Assembly: GCA_963841435.1 (NCBI GenBank)
Contig: CAWJCS010000003.1
Location: 1,216,001 to 1,280,000, forward strand
Source: an uncultured delta proteobacterium
Lineage (GTDB): Bacteria; Myxococcota_A; Polyangia; Polyangiales; Polyangiaceae
Direction: 5' to 3'
Length of the DNA: 64,000 nucleotides
Part shown: piece by piece, positions 51,580 through 61,724 of the stretch
Layout of the letters: each line of letters begins with the position of its first letter
How positions within the stretch are numbered: position 1 is the stretch's first letter
Notes under the pieces: generated by a model
Seen by the model: only the letters and a program-made list of their open reading frames with translations
What the model was told of the DNA's origin: nothing
Databases searched by the model: none
Made by a program: the position numbers and the translations under genes

Positions 51580-51818
51580 GGTCCGCTTCCTTCAGGGAGC
51601 TTCTCGACAATCTGGCCTCGGCTCGGGTCGCGGGACGCGATGTCCACCCTGACCTTGCTACCGGCGATGAGCCTCACGACCGCGTGCCGGAGGCGTGGGG
51701 CCATGCCGGCCAACACCTCGCGACCATCGCTCGAGTCGCACTCGAAAGAGCGCGCCTGGGAGCACTTCTTCCACCGTTCCGATTCCAGAGTCCTTCGTGC
51801 TTGCCTCCGTGCTCTCAT
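51576..51818 (-). CDS. infA: divergent translation initiation factor IF-1-like protein (apparent frameshifts)
   Basis: [16 protein letters not shown] then [12 protein letters not shown]....D..RGQI in adjacent frame; canonical position between adk and rpmJ. Confidence 0.7.
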   Translation of the reverse strand: MRARRQARRTLESERWKKCSQARSFECDSSDGREVLAGMAPRLRHAVVRLIAGSKVRVDIASRDPSRGQIVEKLPEGSGP

Positions 51819-52450
51819 GTCGAGAGCCCGAGCGCACCGAGCACGCGGGCCGTCACTCCTCGGGTTCTCCCACCCCGTCGACCCGGCTGAGGACGCCCAG
51901 CCGATCGTAGTAGGGCAGGAGCGCGGCCGTGATGCGCGTCGTACTGATCGAGACGCTTTTTGACCGTTTCCTCCCGGTCGTCGGCCCGATGTTCGAGATC
52001 GGCGTCCGGGGGCGGGGGACTGTACTTTAGGTGGTAGATTTGTCCAGTTCGTTTGTCCGTGCGCCGGAGGGTGGTCCGCTCGATCAAAAGGTCCCTGAGG
52101 AACGTCGATTTGCAGTACCCGGCCGAGCGGCCGATCCAGGCGCTCGAGCAGCGCGCCGAGGGCGTCCGCCTGGGCGACGGTGCGCGGGAAGCCGTCGAGA
52201 ATGAACCCGGCCTTCGCATCCGGCTCGGCCAGCCGTTCCTCGACCAAGCCGATCACCACGGAGTCCGGGACGAGCTTTCCAGCGTCCATGTAGCTCTTGG
52301 CCTCGAGGCCGAGCCGGTGCCCGCCGCGCGGTGGCCGCGCGCAGCATGTCGCCCGGTCGAGATCTGCGGGACTGTGAAGCTTGTCCGACGAGCACGGCTG
52401 CCTGCGTGCCCTTGCCGCTGCCGGGGGGCCCGAGCAGAACGATGTCTCAC
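51815..52450 (-). CDS. adk: adenylate kinase (multiple apparent frameshifts)
   Basis: [44 protein letters not shown] across frames. Confidence 0.95.
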
Positions 52451-53782
52451 GCAGGCCCTCCGCCCGCTCAGCCGCGTCATGCGCGGACCGGTGAGCCCTT
52501 CGTAGCTGCGCGTGATGAGGTGCGCCTCGATCTGATTGACCGTCTCGAGCGCGACACCGACCACGATCATCAGGCTCGTGCCGCCGAACTGGAACGGGAA
52601 CGCGGAAGCTGAGTCGCGATGACCGTCGGGACGATGCAGATGGCGGCGATGTAGATCGAGCCGCCGACGGTGAGGCGCGTGAGCACGCGATCGATGTACT
52701 CGGCCGTCTGCTTGCCGGGTCGGATGCCCGGGATGTTCGCCTGCTGCTTCTTCAGGTTCTCGGCGACGTCGACCGGCTGGAACGTGACCGCCGTGTAGAA
52801 GAACGTGAAGAAGATGATGAGCACCGCGAAGAGGGTGTGGAACATCCAGTCGCCGCGGTTCAGGTGCGAGCTGAAGGTGGCCATGCCCGGGATGTTGAAG
52901 TTCGCGAGCGTCGCCGGGAACATCAGCAGGCTCGAAGCGAAGATGGGCGGGATCATGCTCGCCATGTTCACCTTGAGCGGCAGGTGAGCGCGCTGCCCGC
53001 CGTACACGTGGCGCCCCACCTGGCGACGCGAGTACTGGATCGGGATCCGGCGCTGGGCGCGCTCGAAGAACACGACGATGCCGATGCTGACGACGAGCAC
53101 GGCCGTGAGCAGCGCGACCGTCAGGGGCTGCATGTCGCCGGCGTGGCCCTGCCAGTAGTTCATCAGCCCCGCGGGGATGCCGCTCACGATGCCGGCGAAG
53201 ATGATCAGCGAGATGCCGTTGCCGATGCCGCGCTCGGTCGCCTGCTCGCCGAGCCACATCAAGAGGCCCGTGCCCGTCGTTAGCGTCACGATGGTCATCA
53301 GGCGGAAGCCCCAGCCCGGCTCGCCCACGACGTCGCCGAAGCGACCGCCACCCATGTCCGAGTTGTTCATGCCCTCGAGCATCATCGCCACGCCGAACGC
53401 CTGGAAGATGCTGAGGAGCGATCGTGCCGTAGCGCGTCCACTGATCGAGCTTGCGGCGGCCCGCTTCGCCCTCTTTCCGCAGCTCTTCGACCTGCTTGCT
53501 GACGAGGCCGAGGAGCTGGAAGATGATGCTGGCGGACACGTACGGCATGATGCCGAGCGCGAAGATCGACAGATTGCCGAGCGCGCCGCCCGAGAACAGG
53601 TTGAACAGGCCGAGCAAGCCGCCCTGCCCCTTCACGATGTTCTGCATCACGCTGCGATCGACACCCGGCGTCGTGATGAAGATCCCGACGCGGTAGATCG
53701 CGATCATGGCGAGGGTGAAACCGATGCGGCGCCGGAGCTCCGGCACCTTGCCGATGTTCGTGAACCCTTCGAGTGCGGCCAT
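52447..53782 (-). CDS. secY: preprotein translocase SecY (apparent frameshifts)
   Basis: [60 protein letters not shown]. Confidence 0.97.
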
Positions 53783-53796
53783 GGCAGCTGCCCGGC

Positions 53797-54279
53797 CTAG
53801 TGTTCTGAGTCCGCGGCCTGCCCAGGCGCGGGGAGGACGACCACGCTGCCGCCCGCCTTCTCGATCTTCTGTTTGGCGCTCTCCGAGAAGCCGTGTGCGG
53901 ACACCGTCAGCTTCTTCGTGAGGTCGCCCTCGCCGAGGATCTTCACGCGCACGCCACGGCCCTGCACGAGCCGCGCGGCGCGGAGGGCCGCCTCGTCGAC
54001 GGTGGCGCCCGAGTCGAAACGCTCGAGCTCGCTGACGTTGACCGCCGCGGTGTGCACCGGGAAGGGCACGCGGAAGCCGCGCTTGGGCAAGCGGCGCTGG
54101 ATGGGCGTCTGCCCGCCCTGGAAGTGCAGCTTGCCGATGTTGCCGCCGCTGCGGGCCTTCTGGCCCTTCGTGCCGCGACCGCAGGTCTTGCCGAGGCCGC
54201 TGCCGATGCCGCGCCCGACTCGCTTCTCGTTGTGGCGTGCGCCCTCGGGCGGCGTCAGCCGTGAAAGCACGTTGCTCAC
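53797..54279 (-). CDS. rplO: 50S ribosomal protein L15
   Basis: [45 protein letters not shown]. Confidence 0.97.
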   Translation of the reverse strand: MSNVLSRLTPPEGARHNEKRVGRGIGSGLGKTCGRGTKGQKARSGGNIGKLHFQGGQTPIQRRLPKRGFRVPFPVHTAAVNVSELERFDSGATVDEAALRAARLVQGRGVRVKILGEGDLTKKLTVSAHGFSESAKQKIEKAGGSVVVLPAPGQAADSEH

Positions 54280-54470
54280 GATTCGACCTCCTCGACGCTC
54301 ACGAGGTGCAAAACTTTCTTGATCATGCCGCGGAAAGACGGCGTGTTGTCGACGACCACCGTCGAGCCGGGCCCGCGCAGGCCGAGGCCCTTGATGACGC
54401 GGTGCTGCGGGTGCGGGCGGCCGATCGTGCTGACCCGCTGGCGCACCTGGAGCCGGACCTTTTCGGCCAT
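54276..54470 (-). CDS. rpmD: 50S ribosomal protein L30
   Basis: [22 protein letters not shown]. Confidence 0.95.
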   Translation of the reverse strand: MAEKVRLQVRQRVSTIGRPHPQHRVIKGLGLRGPGSTVVVDNTPSFRGMIKKVLHLVSVEEVES

Positions 54471-55048
54471 CACTCGTTACCTCCGACGTGCGTTCCGGCG
54501 ACGATCGAGGCCGCCGTGTTCGCGCGCGACGAGGCCACGGCGACCGGATAGTCGCCCGCGACGTCTTCCACGCTACGGCCGCGCGACGCAGCCACGAGCT
54601 CGGGCGAGCGCAGACGGCGAAGCGCGTCCACCGTCGCGTGCACGGCGTTGTACTTGTTGGACGAGCCGAGACACTTGCTGAGCACGTCGTGGATGCCCGC
54701 CGACTCGACGACGGCGCGCACGGCGCCGCCGGCGATGACGCCCGTACCGGGTGCGGCGGGCCGCAGCAGCACACGGCCGGAGCCGAAGTGGCCCGTCACG
54801 TCGTGCGGCACGGTGGAGCCGATCATGGGCACGCGGAACAGGTTCTTGCGCGCCTGGTCGTTGCCCTTGCGGATGGCCTCCGGCACCTCGTTCGCCTTGC
54901 CCAGTCCGACGCCGACGTGGCCGGACTCGTCGCCCACGACGACGAGCGCCGAAAAGCTGAAGCGGCGCCCGCCCTTGACGACCTTCGCCACGCGATTGAT
55001 GTGAATCACGCGTTCCTTGAGCTTTTCCTCGTCGATATTGTGGTCCAT
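54470..55048 (-). CDS. rpsE: 30S ribosomal protein S5
   Basis: [46 protein letters not shown]. Confidence 0.98.
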   Translation of the reverse strand: MDHNIDEEKLKERVIHINRVAKVVKGGRRFSFSALVVVGDESGHVGVGLGKANEVPEAIRKGNDQARKNLFRVPMIGSTVPHDVTGHFGSGRVLLRPAAPGTGVIAGGAVRAVVESAGIHDVLSKCLGSSNKYNAVHATVDALRRLRSPELVAASRGRSVEDVAGDYPVAVASSRANTAASIVAGTHVGGNE

Positions 55049-55116
55049 TTAAATCGAAGCCTTGATGGTGGGCGGGGAGGACGTGGCGCGGGAAGAGTGT
55101 GATGACTCGTGTACGT

Positions 55117-55476
55117 CTAGAACTTGAGACCGGCTTCACGGGCCGCGTCGGCGAGGGCCTTGATTCGACCGTGATAGAGGTAGCCGTTGCGGTCGAAGAC
55201 CACCTTGTCGATCTTGCGCTCGAGGCAAATCTTGGCAATGAGGGCGCCCACTTTCTTGGCGGCGTCCGTCTTTTTGTCCTCACCGAGCGTCCCCTTGAGG
55301 TCGCGCGAGAGGGTGGAGGCGGCCGCCAGGGTGCGTCCGTCCGAGTCGTTGACGACCTGGGCGTAGACATGGCGCCCGCTGCGAAAGACGCTGAGGCGCG
55401 GGCGCAGGTCGCTGCCCGATATCTTGGTGCGGATGCGAAGCTTGCGCCGCGTGCGGCCGGTGAGTTCGGATGCCAT
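55117..55476 (-). CDS. rplR: 50S ribosomal protein L18
   Basis: [37 protein letters not shown]. Confidence 0.98.
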   Translation of the reverse strand: MASELTGRTRRKLRIRTKISGSDLRPRLSVFRSGRHVYAQVVNDSDGRTLAAASTLSRDLKGTLGEDKKTDAAKKVGALIAKICLERKIDKVVFDRNGYLYHGRIKALADAAREAGLKF

Positions 55477-55485
55477 CGGGTGCCT

Positions 55486-56076
55486 CTACTTTGACTTGGC
55501 CTTGGCGGCCTTGCCCGCCTTGCGACGAATCGCCTCGCCGCGGTAGCGAATGCCTTTGCCCCCGTAGGGCTCCGGCGGGCGCAGGGCGCGAATGGTCGCC
55601 GCCGTCTGGCCGAGCACCGACTTGTCGGGGGAGCTCATGACGAGCTGCGTGCCCTTGGAGTCCGGCGGCACGACGGCCGAGACCGCCGCGGGTAGCTCGA
55701 CGATGGCAGGGTGGGAAAAGCCGAGCTGCATGGTGAGGGTCCGACCCTTCACCTCGCAGCGATAGCCCGTGCCAACGAGCTCGAGTGTGACCTCGAAGCC
55801 CACGCTCGCGCCCCTCAACATGCTCGCAACGAGCGCGCGGCCGAGACCCTGCAGGCGGGCGCCGTCGCGGCCTTCTGCCGAGCTCTCGATGCGCACGGCC
55901 TCGCCTTCCTTCAGCGCGGCCACGTCAGGCGGCAGCTCGAGCGAGAGCTTGCCCTTCGGACCCTGCACCGAAATCTGGCGTCCCGCGATGGTGAGCGTCA
56001 CGCCCTTGGGAACGGCCACGGGGCGCTTGCCCACGCGTGAGACGCGCTTCGCGCTCTCGGCGACCGCGGGCTCCAT
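55486..56076 (-). CDS. rplF: 50S ribosomal protein L6
   Basis: SRVGKRPV..P.GV, GPKG.L, LGFSHP, RPPEPY.GKGIRY. Confidence 0.97.
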   Translation of the reverse strand: MEPAVAESAKRVSRVGKRPVAVPKGVTLTIAGRQISVQGPKGKLSLELPPDVAALKEGEAVRIESSAEGRDGARLQGLGRALVASMLRGASVGFEVTLELVGTGYRCEVKGRTLTMQLGFSHPAIVELPAAVSAVVPPDSKGTQLVMSSPDKSVLGQTAATIRALRPPEPYGGKGIRYRGEAIRRKAGKAAKAKSK

Positions 56077-56480
56077 CACCACACCTCGCAAAGGAGCTCG
56101 CCGCCGACGCGGCGTCGGCGGGCTTCTTTGTCCGTCATCACGCCCTGCGACGTGCTCAGGATCGAGACCCCGAGACCGCTCAAGACGCGCGGGATCGAAT
56201 CGTGCCGTACGTAGACGCGGCGACCGGGACGCGACACGCGCCGGATGCCGTGGAACGCGCAATCGCCGCGATCGTTGCCGTACTTGAGCACGATCGTCAG
56301 TGTGCTGTGCTTCTTCGGGCCCCATTCCTCGACGCGAACGTCGGAAACGTAGCCTTCGACCTTGAGCAGCTCGGCAATGGCCTTGTTCACACCGCTTGCG
56401 GGAAGCCGTGTGAGCTCGTGGCGCGCCATTGCCGCATTGCGAATGCGGGCCAGCATGTCGGAGATGGGATCACTCGTCAT
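56076..56480 (-). CDS. rpsH: 30S ribosomal protein S8
   Basis: DPISDMLARIRNA, RVSRPGRRVY, GLG..ILSTSQG, GGELLC. Confidence 0.98.
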   Translation of the reverse strand: MTSDPISDMLARIRNAAMARHELTRLPASGVNKAIAELLKVEGYVSDVRVEEWGPKKHSTLTIVLKYGNDRGDCAFHGIRRVSRPGRRVYVRHDSIPRVLSGLGVSILSTSQGVMTDKEARRRRVGGELLCEVW

Positions 56481-56496
56481 CAGTTGGCTCCGGGGC

Positions 56497-56682
56497 TTAC
56501 CAGCTGGCCTTGGTCACGCCCGGCAGCTCGCCGCGCAGGGCAAGCAGGCGCAGACAGATCCGGCAAAGACCGAAATCACGGTAGAAGGCCCGCGGACGAC
56601 CGCAGACCTTGCAGCGGTTCATGGTCCGCGTCGAGAACTTCGGCGGACGGTTCAACTTGGCCCATTGACTCGCGCGTGCCAT
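56497..56682 (-). CDS. rpsN: 30S ribosomal protein S14, short zinc-binding type
   Basis: [26 protein letters not shown]. Confidence 0.97.
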   Translation of the reverse strand: MARASQWAKLNRPPKFSTRTMNRCKVCGRPRAFYRDFGLCRICLRLLALRGELPGVTKASW

Positions 56683-56685
56683 GGC

Positions 56686-57246
56686 TCAGCTCCTGAAGGG
56701 CATCCCGAGCTGGGCGAGAAGCTCCTTGGCTTCCTCGTCCGTCGGGGCGGTGGTGACGAAGGTGACGTTCATGCCCTTGACCTTCTCGACTCGATCGAAG
56801 TCGATCTCGGGGAACACGATCTGCTCGCGCAGGCCGAGCGTGTAGTTGCCGGCGCCGTCGAACGCCTTGGCGCTCGTACCGCGAAAGTCGCGAACACGAG
56901 GCAGCGCCAGCGTGACGAGCCGGTCCAAGAACTCCCACATGCGCTCGCGGCGCAGCGTGACCATGGCGCCGATGGGCATGCCCTGGCGCAACTTGAAGGT
57001 GGCGATCGCCTTCTTGGCGCGCGTGATCACGGGCTTCTGGCCCACGATCGCGGTGAGCTCCAAGACTGCGGCATCGGCGAGCTTGGGGTTCGAAACCGCC
57101 TCACCGAGACCCATGTTCACGACGATCTTGCTCAGGCGCGGCACCTGCATCGGGTTCTTGTACCCGAAGCGCTTCATGAGCGCGGGCACGATGTCGCTCT
57201 TGTATTTGGCGCGCAGGCGCGGCTGGTACTCGGCAGGTTCGCTCAT
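56686..57246 (-). CDS. rplE: 50S ribosomal protein L5
   Basis: [39 protein letters not shown]. Confidence 0.98.
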   Translation of the reverse strand: MSEPAEYQPRLRAKYKSDIVPALMKRFGYKNPMQVPRLSKIVVNMGLGEAVSNPKLADAAVLELTAIVGQKPVITRAKKAIATFKLRQGMPIGAMVTLRRERMWEFLDRLVTLALPRVRDFRGTSAKAFDGAGNYTLGLREQIVFPEIDFDRVEKVKGMNVTFVTTAPTDEEAKELLAQLGMPFRS

Positions 57247-57560
57247 CGGCGCTGCTCCGGAATCTCGGCGCCGCCCTTGGCGACGCGCACCTTGCCCTCG
57301 CCCTTCGTCTTGTAACCGACGCGGGTGGGCTTGCCCGTGGTCGGATCCACCGGCATGACCTTGCTGAGCGCGATGGGCGCCTCGATCTCGAGGATGCCGC
57401 CGCCGCGCTGGGGCGTGGGCTTCACGTGACGCTTCACGCGGCGGACGCCCTCGACGATCACGGCGCCGCGCTCCTTGAGCAACCGCGTGACCTTGCCGCG
57501 CTTGCCCTTGTCGTTGCCGCTGATGACGACCACCTCGTCACCGACCGAGATACGCTGCAT
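57243..57560 (-). CDS. rplX: 50S ribosomal protein L24
   Basis: [19 protein letters not shown] motif, VEGV, EAPI..S.V. Confidence 0.96.
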   Translation of the reverse strand: MQRISVGDEVVVISGNDKGKRGKVTRLLKERGAVIVEGVRRVKRHVKPTPQRGGGILEIEAPIALSKVMPVDPTTGKPTRVGYKTKGEGKVRVAKGGAEIPEQRR

Positions 57561-57929
57561 CACAGCACCTCCGGAGCGAGCGAGATGATCTTCATGAAGC
57601 GCTTGGCGCGCAGCTCGCGCGCGACCGGGCCAAAGATGCGGGTTCCGACCGGCTCGAGCTGCGGGTTGATGAGAACGGCGCTGTTGTCGTCGAACTTGAT
57701 GTAGCTGCCGTCGCTGCGGCGGCACTCGCGCTTGGTGCGAACGACGACGGCCTTGGCCGTATCGCCCTTCTTCACCTTGCTGCCCGGGAGCGCCTCCTTG
57801 ATGCTGACGACGATCACGTCGCCGAGGCTCGGCGTACCGCCGTCGCGAGCCGCCCAGCACCTTGATGCACTGGACGAGCTTGGCGCCCGAGTTGTCCGCC
57901 ACGACGAGGAAGGTCTGCATCTGGATCAT
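57560..57929 (-). CDS. rplN: 50S ribosomal protein L14 (one apparent +1 frameshift at about 57830)
   Basis: [46 protein letters not shown]. Confidence 0.97.
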
Positions 57930-57937
57930 GGCAGCAC

Positions 57938-58228
57938 CTAGGAAAGCTCCTGAGCCGGGCGATCGATCAACCGCACGACCTCCCAGCTCTTCTCGCGCGA
58001 GAACGGCGAGCGCTCCTCGATCTCGACGCGATCGCCGACCTTGTATTCGTTCTTCTCGTCGTGCGCCTTGTAGCGCTTCCGCACGCGAACGTACTTCTTG
58101 TAGACGGCTTCGCGCTTGAACCGCACGACCTCCACCACGACGGTCTTCTGCATCTTGTCGCTCGCGACGCGCCCGATCAGGCGGCGGCGGCGGACCGTTT
58201 TATCGGTCGTTTCTTCGGCTTGGCTCAC
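57938..58228 (-). CDS. rpsQ: 30S ribosomal protein S17
   Basis: [28 protein letters not shown]. Confidence 0.97.
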   Translation of the reverse strand: MSQAEETTDKTVRRRRLIGRVASDKMQKTVVVEVVRFKREAVYKKYVRVRKRYKAHDEKNEYKVGDRVEIEERSPFSREKSWEVVRLIDRPAQELS

Positions 58229-58434
58229 GGCGTGCCTCCAGCGGCGGCGCGCGCTCGCTCACCCAGGATGAGCTGGATGCGTGCGAGGTCGCGCCGCGTC
58301 TTCATCAGCAGGCTCGTGTCCTCGAGCTGCCCGGTGTGGTTCTTCATCCGGAAAGAAAACAGATCCTTCTCGAGCTGAGCACGAAGCTCGCCGAGATCGT
58401 CCGTCGTTCGCTCACGCAAGTCCTTGGCCTTCAT
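58225..58434 (-). CDS. rpmC: 50S ribosomal protein L29
   Basis: MKAKDLR..LFSFRM..GQL..RRDLARI. Confidence 0.96.
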   Translation of the reverse strand: MKAKDLRERTTDDLGELRAQLEKDLFSFRMKNHTGQLEDTSLLMKTRRDLARIQLILGERARAAAGGTP

Positions 58435-58443
58435 CGCGTACCT

Positions 58444-58863
58444 TCAGTCGCGCAACCGCGCGAGGAACCGGGTTTCGACCGGCAGCTTGGCCGCCGCGAG
58501 CCGGAAAGCGTCTCGTGCGTCCTTCTCGGCGACACCGGCGATCTCGAACAGCACGCGGCCTGGCTTGATCACCGCAACCCAGCCCTCGACGGCGCCCTTG
58601 CCAGAGCCCATGCGCACTTCGAGCGGCTTCTTGGTGACGGGCTTGTCGGGGAAGATACGGATCCAGAGCTTGCCGGCACGCTTGACGTGACGCTGGATCG
58701 CCATGCGGCCTGCCTCGATCTGGCGTGCGGTGAGATGCGACGCGCCGATCGCCTGCAGGCCGAAGTCGCCGAACGACACGTCGGAGCCGCGCCAGGCGAG
58801 CCCGCGGTTCTTGCCCTTCTGTTGCTTGCGGAACTTCGTCCGCTTGGGAGACATCTGCGACAT
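58444..58863 (-). CDS. rplP: 50S ribosomal protein L16
   Basis: [34 protein letters not shown]. Confidence 0.98.
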   Translation of the reverse strand: MSQMSPKRTKFRKQQKGKNRGLAWRGSDVSFGDFGLQAIGASHLTARQIEAGRMAIQRHVKRAGKLWIRIFPDKPVTKKPLEVRMGSGKGAVEGWVAVIKPGRVLFEIAGVAEKDARDAFRLAAAKLPVETRFLARLRD

Positions 58864-58866
58864 GGG

Positions 58867-59559
58867 CTACTCCAGGATGCGACGCGCCTTGCGCTGCAAA
58901 ACCTCACCCTTGAAGATCCAGACTTTCACGCCGATGACGCCGTAGGTGGTGCGGGCCTCGGCCTGGCCGTAGTCGACGTCGGCGCGCAGCGTGTGCAGCG
59001 GCACGCGACCCTCGCGGTAACCGTCGACGCGGCCCATCTCCGAGCCGCCGAGACGCCCGGCGCAGCGCACGCGAATGCCCTTGGCGCCGAACTTCATGGC
59101 CGTCGTCAGGGCCTTCTTCATGGCGCGGCGAAACGCGATGCGGCGCTCGAGCTGCGTCGCGATGTTCTCGGCGACGAGCTGCGCATTGGTCTCGGCCTTC
59201 CGGACCTCCTGCACGTCGATGAAGACCTCGTTTTGCGTGAGCGACTGCACGCCCGGGAACTTCGTCTCGCCCTTCGCGGCGGTTTCGAGATTGCCCGTCT
59301 TCAGGATCTCGATGCCCTTGCCGCCCTTGCCGATGACCATGCCGGGGCGCGCGGTGTAGACGATGACCTTCGCCTTGTTGGCGGCGCGCTCGACTTCGAC
59401 ACCGGCGACGTTGGCGTTGTAGAGGTACTCTTTCACCGCACGCTTGATGCGGATGTCCTCGTGCAGCCACTGAACGTAGCGCTTGTCCTCGTACCACTTG
59501 CTCGTCCACGTCTTGATGACGCCGAGCCGGAAGCCATAGGGGTGTGTTTTTTGTCCCAT
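58867..59559 (-). CDS. rpsC: 30S ribosomal protein S3
   Basis: [46 protein letters not shown]. Confidence 0.98.
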   Translation of the reverse strand: MGQKTHPYGFRLGVIKTWTSKWYEDKRYVQWLHEDIRIKRAVKEYLYNANVAGVEVERAANKAKVIVYTARPGMVIGKGGKGIEILKTGNLETAAKGETKFPGVQSLTQNEVFIDVQEVRKAETNAQLVAENIATQLERRIAFRRAMKKALTTAMKFGAKGIRVRCAGRLGGSEMGRVDGYREGRVPLHTLRADVDYGQAEARTTYGVIGVKVWIFKGEVLQRKARRILE

Positions 59560-59666
59560 GTTGCCTTAGACCAGCGCCGAAGCCCGCTGCGCACGAACCT
59601 CGAAGCGCGAACCGGTCGAGGCCCAGCCTCGACCCGAAACGACCTTGGAGCCTTGAACGAACCTCA

Positions 59667-60008
59667 TCACCGCTCGTCCAATTCAATCGAAATATGGCTG
59701 ATGCCCTTTTGAACCTGCGTGGCGCGCCCCTGCGCGCGCGGGCGCCAGCGGCGCATGTGGGAGTTCGGGCCCTTGTCGACGGCGCAGCGGCTCACGAAGA
59801 GCGTGTCGACGTCGATGTCGGGGCGCTTGCGCTTGGCGTTGGCAACGGCGCTCGCGAGCAGCTTCTTCACGAAGGGCGCGCCCGCCTTGGGCGTGAACTC
59901 GAGGAGCTGCAGCGCTTCCGCGGCATCACGACCACGGATGAGGTTGATGACCATCCGGGCCTTGCGCGGGCTGATACGCTGGAATCTGGCTGTAGCGCTG
60001 CTGATCAT
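59667..60008 (-). CDS. rplV: 50S ribosomal protein L22
   Basis: RISPRKARMV.NLIRG, K.L.SAVANA, VDKGP..R.RPRAQGRA..SHI. Confidence 0.97.
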   Translation of the reverse strand: MISSATARFQRISPRKARMVINLIRGRDAAEALQLLEFTPKAGAPFVKKLLASAVANAKRKRPDIDVDTLFVSRCAVDKGPNSHMRRWRPRAQGRATQVQKGISHISIELDER

Positions 60009-60193
60009 GTCGAGGGTTTCCCTGGCCGAGACCCGTCGGCCCCTGGAGCGCGCGCCCGAGTGCGCGCGGTCCGCAGTCGCTCCGTCGAACCCGCGGCGTA
60101 CCAAAGGCGACTCGAGAGCCGCACCGCGAGCCGCTAGGGGGCGGCTGGCGAGCCCCGCCGGGCCGAAGCCCGTGGACCCGCAAAGGGGTGCGC

Positions 60194-60222
60194 TACCTAG
60201 CAGGGGTTTTTGGCGTGCGCAA
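60194..60222 (-). promoter_or_regulatory. promoter for the rplV block: TTGCGC-17-TAGGTA with extended TG
   Basis: -35 at 60217-60222, TGC-TAGGTA at 60194-60202. Confidence 0.5.
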
Positions 60223-60323
60223 GGGAAGCGGCACGCCGCGGACGATCCCTTAGCTTACCCCTGTTCCGATGAGCAGTGCCAAGGTCTTTGCTCCCGGCCC
60301 CCCGCGCCGGTAGGGGACCTTCG

Positions 60324-60815
60324 GTGGCGATTGAAATCCGAGCGGCGCGGCGCGGCGACGAGGGCACCCTGTTCGAGCTCGTGCTCGAGCTCGCTCGATT
60401 CGAGCACCTCGAGGGGGCCGTGACGGGGAGCTCCGAAGCGCTCGCCGGTGCCCTTTTCGGCGACCGACCGGCCGCCGAGGCGTTCCTCGCGCACGATTCG
60501 CGCGATGCGCGCGTGCTCGGCTACGCGCTCTTTTTCACGACCTATTCGACGTTTCTCACGCGGCGGGGCCTTTACCTCGAGGACCTCTTCGTCCGGGAAG
60601 CGGAGCGCGGGCGCGGCGTAGGGCGAGCGCTCCTCGGTCGGGTGGCGGCGATCGCGCATGAGCGCGATGCGGGCCGCGTGGAGTGGGCCGTGCTCGACTG
60701 GAACGTGAGGGCCATCGGGTTCTACGAGCGGGTCGGCGCGAGCGTGCTCCCCGACTGGCGCCTCTGCAGGATAGCCCCGGCAGGCCTCGCGCGCGGGACG
60801 AGCGACCGCGCCTGA
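60324..60815 (+). CDS. GNAT N-acetyltransferase (diamine acetyltransferase-like)
   Basis: ELARFE, YSTFL..GLYLEDLFV..RGRGVG, W.VLDWN..AI.FY. Confidence 0.92.
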   Translation: MAIEIRAARRGDEGTLFELVLELARFEHLEGAVTGSSEALAGALFGDRPAAEAFLAHDSRDARVLGYALFFTTYSTFLTRRGLYLEDLFVREAERGRGVGRALLGRVAAIAHERDAGRVEWAVLDWNVRAIGFYERVGASVLPDWRLCRIAPAGLARGTSDRA

Positions 60816-60948
60816 GCGGGCGCTGGTGATCGATCCCGCTCCGGGCGGGATCCAGGCGCGTGCGCGAGTCGGCGCCGACGGCACGATGTGCGCCGTGGGC
60901 GACTTTTGCAACTGACGGGCGTTCCGGCCTCCGCGCGCGTGAGTCGCC

Positions 60949-61699
60949 TCAGAAATCGAGCTCGAGCGAGCTCTTCGATCTCCACGTCGAGTGGATCGAC
61001 GCCGGGGGGCACGACGGCCTCGCGGCGCACCTCGAGGTCGAAGCGGGACGCGAGCGTCTTGTTCACCGAGAGCTTCACGCCGAGCACACTGAGGAGCCAG
61101 TAGTCGCTGAAGTCGTCGAAGCGCGGCTGCACGTAGAGCGTCTCGCTCACCGAGACATTCTCTTCCTGGTGGAACTCCAGGCGCAGGTAGTTGTTCCAGC
61201 GCAGGGCGTTGACCTGGCGACGCCCCGGTACCTCGTCACCACGCCGCGTGACCTCGAGCATGGCGGAGGTGCCGTAATAGGCGTCGGTGAGCCTGCTCGA
61301 AAGGATCCGGAAACGAGGACCCGATCCCAGAAGCTCCCGCGATTTCAAGCTCCGAAAGCGATCCGTCTCGACCTGGGCGAACAGCTCGCCCCAAACACCT
61401 TGCGTGAACCGGTAGTTGTAGCGCGAGTGGGCGAAGGTATTCGCCACGTCGAGGGTGCCCTCCTGGCGCGAATAGTCTCCGGAGAGCGTGAGGTAGATGA
61501 GGTGCGGGCCCTCGGAGAGGCCGCCGAGCAGCGAGCCGCCGATCTCGAAGCCCTGCGAGTTTCCGGCACGGCCCGTGAGCGCGAAGCGCGCGTTCAGCGT
61601 GTGCCCCTGCGCGGCAAGGCGGGCCCGCATCGGCTCGACGTTGACCTGCGCCTGCACGACGCCGCCCCCGCACGCGAGCGAGGCGACGACACCTGCCAT
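60949..61699 (-). CDS. DUF481-like outer-membrane beta-barrel protein (apparent +1 frameshift near C-terminus)
   Basis: AQVNVE, GNS, HSRYNY, FAQ.E.DRF, G.GPR, YVQP; corrected C-terminus IKSSLELDF-stop. Confidence 0.7.
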
Positions 61700-61724
61700 G
61701 GGCAGCGGCCTCACGCCGTCGCGT

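Noticed and set aside
51576-52289. Adk-IF1 fusion (and L14-L24, SecY-Adk fusions) suggested by the ORF track
   Set aside because: Produced by the frameshifts; separate starts and stops reappear after repair
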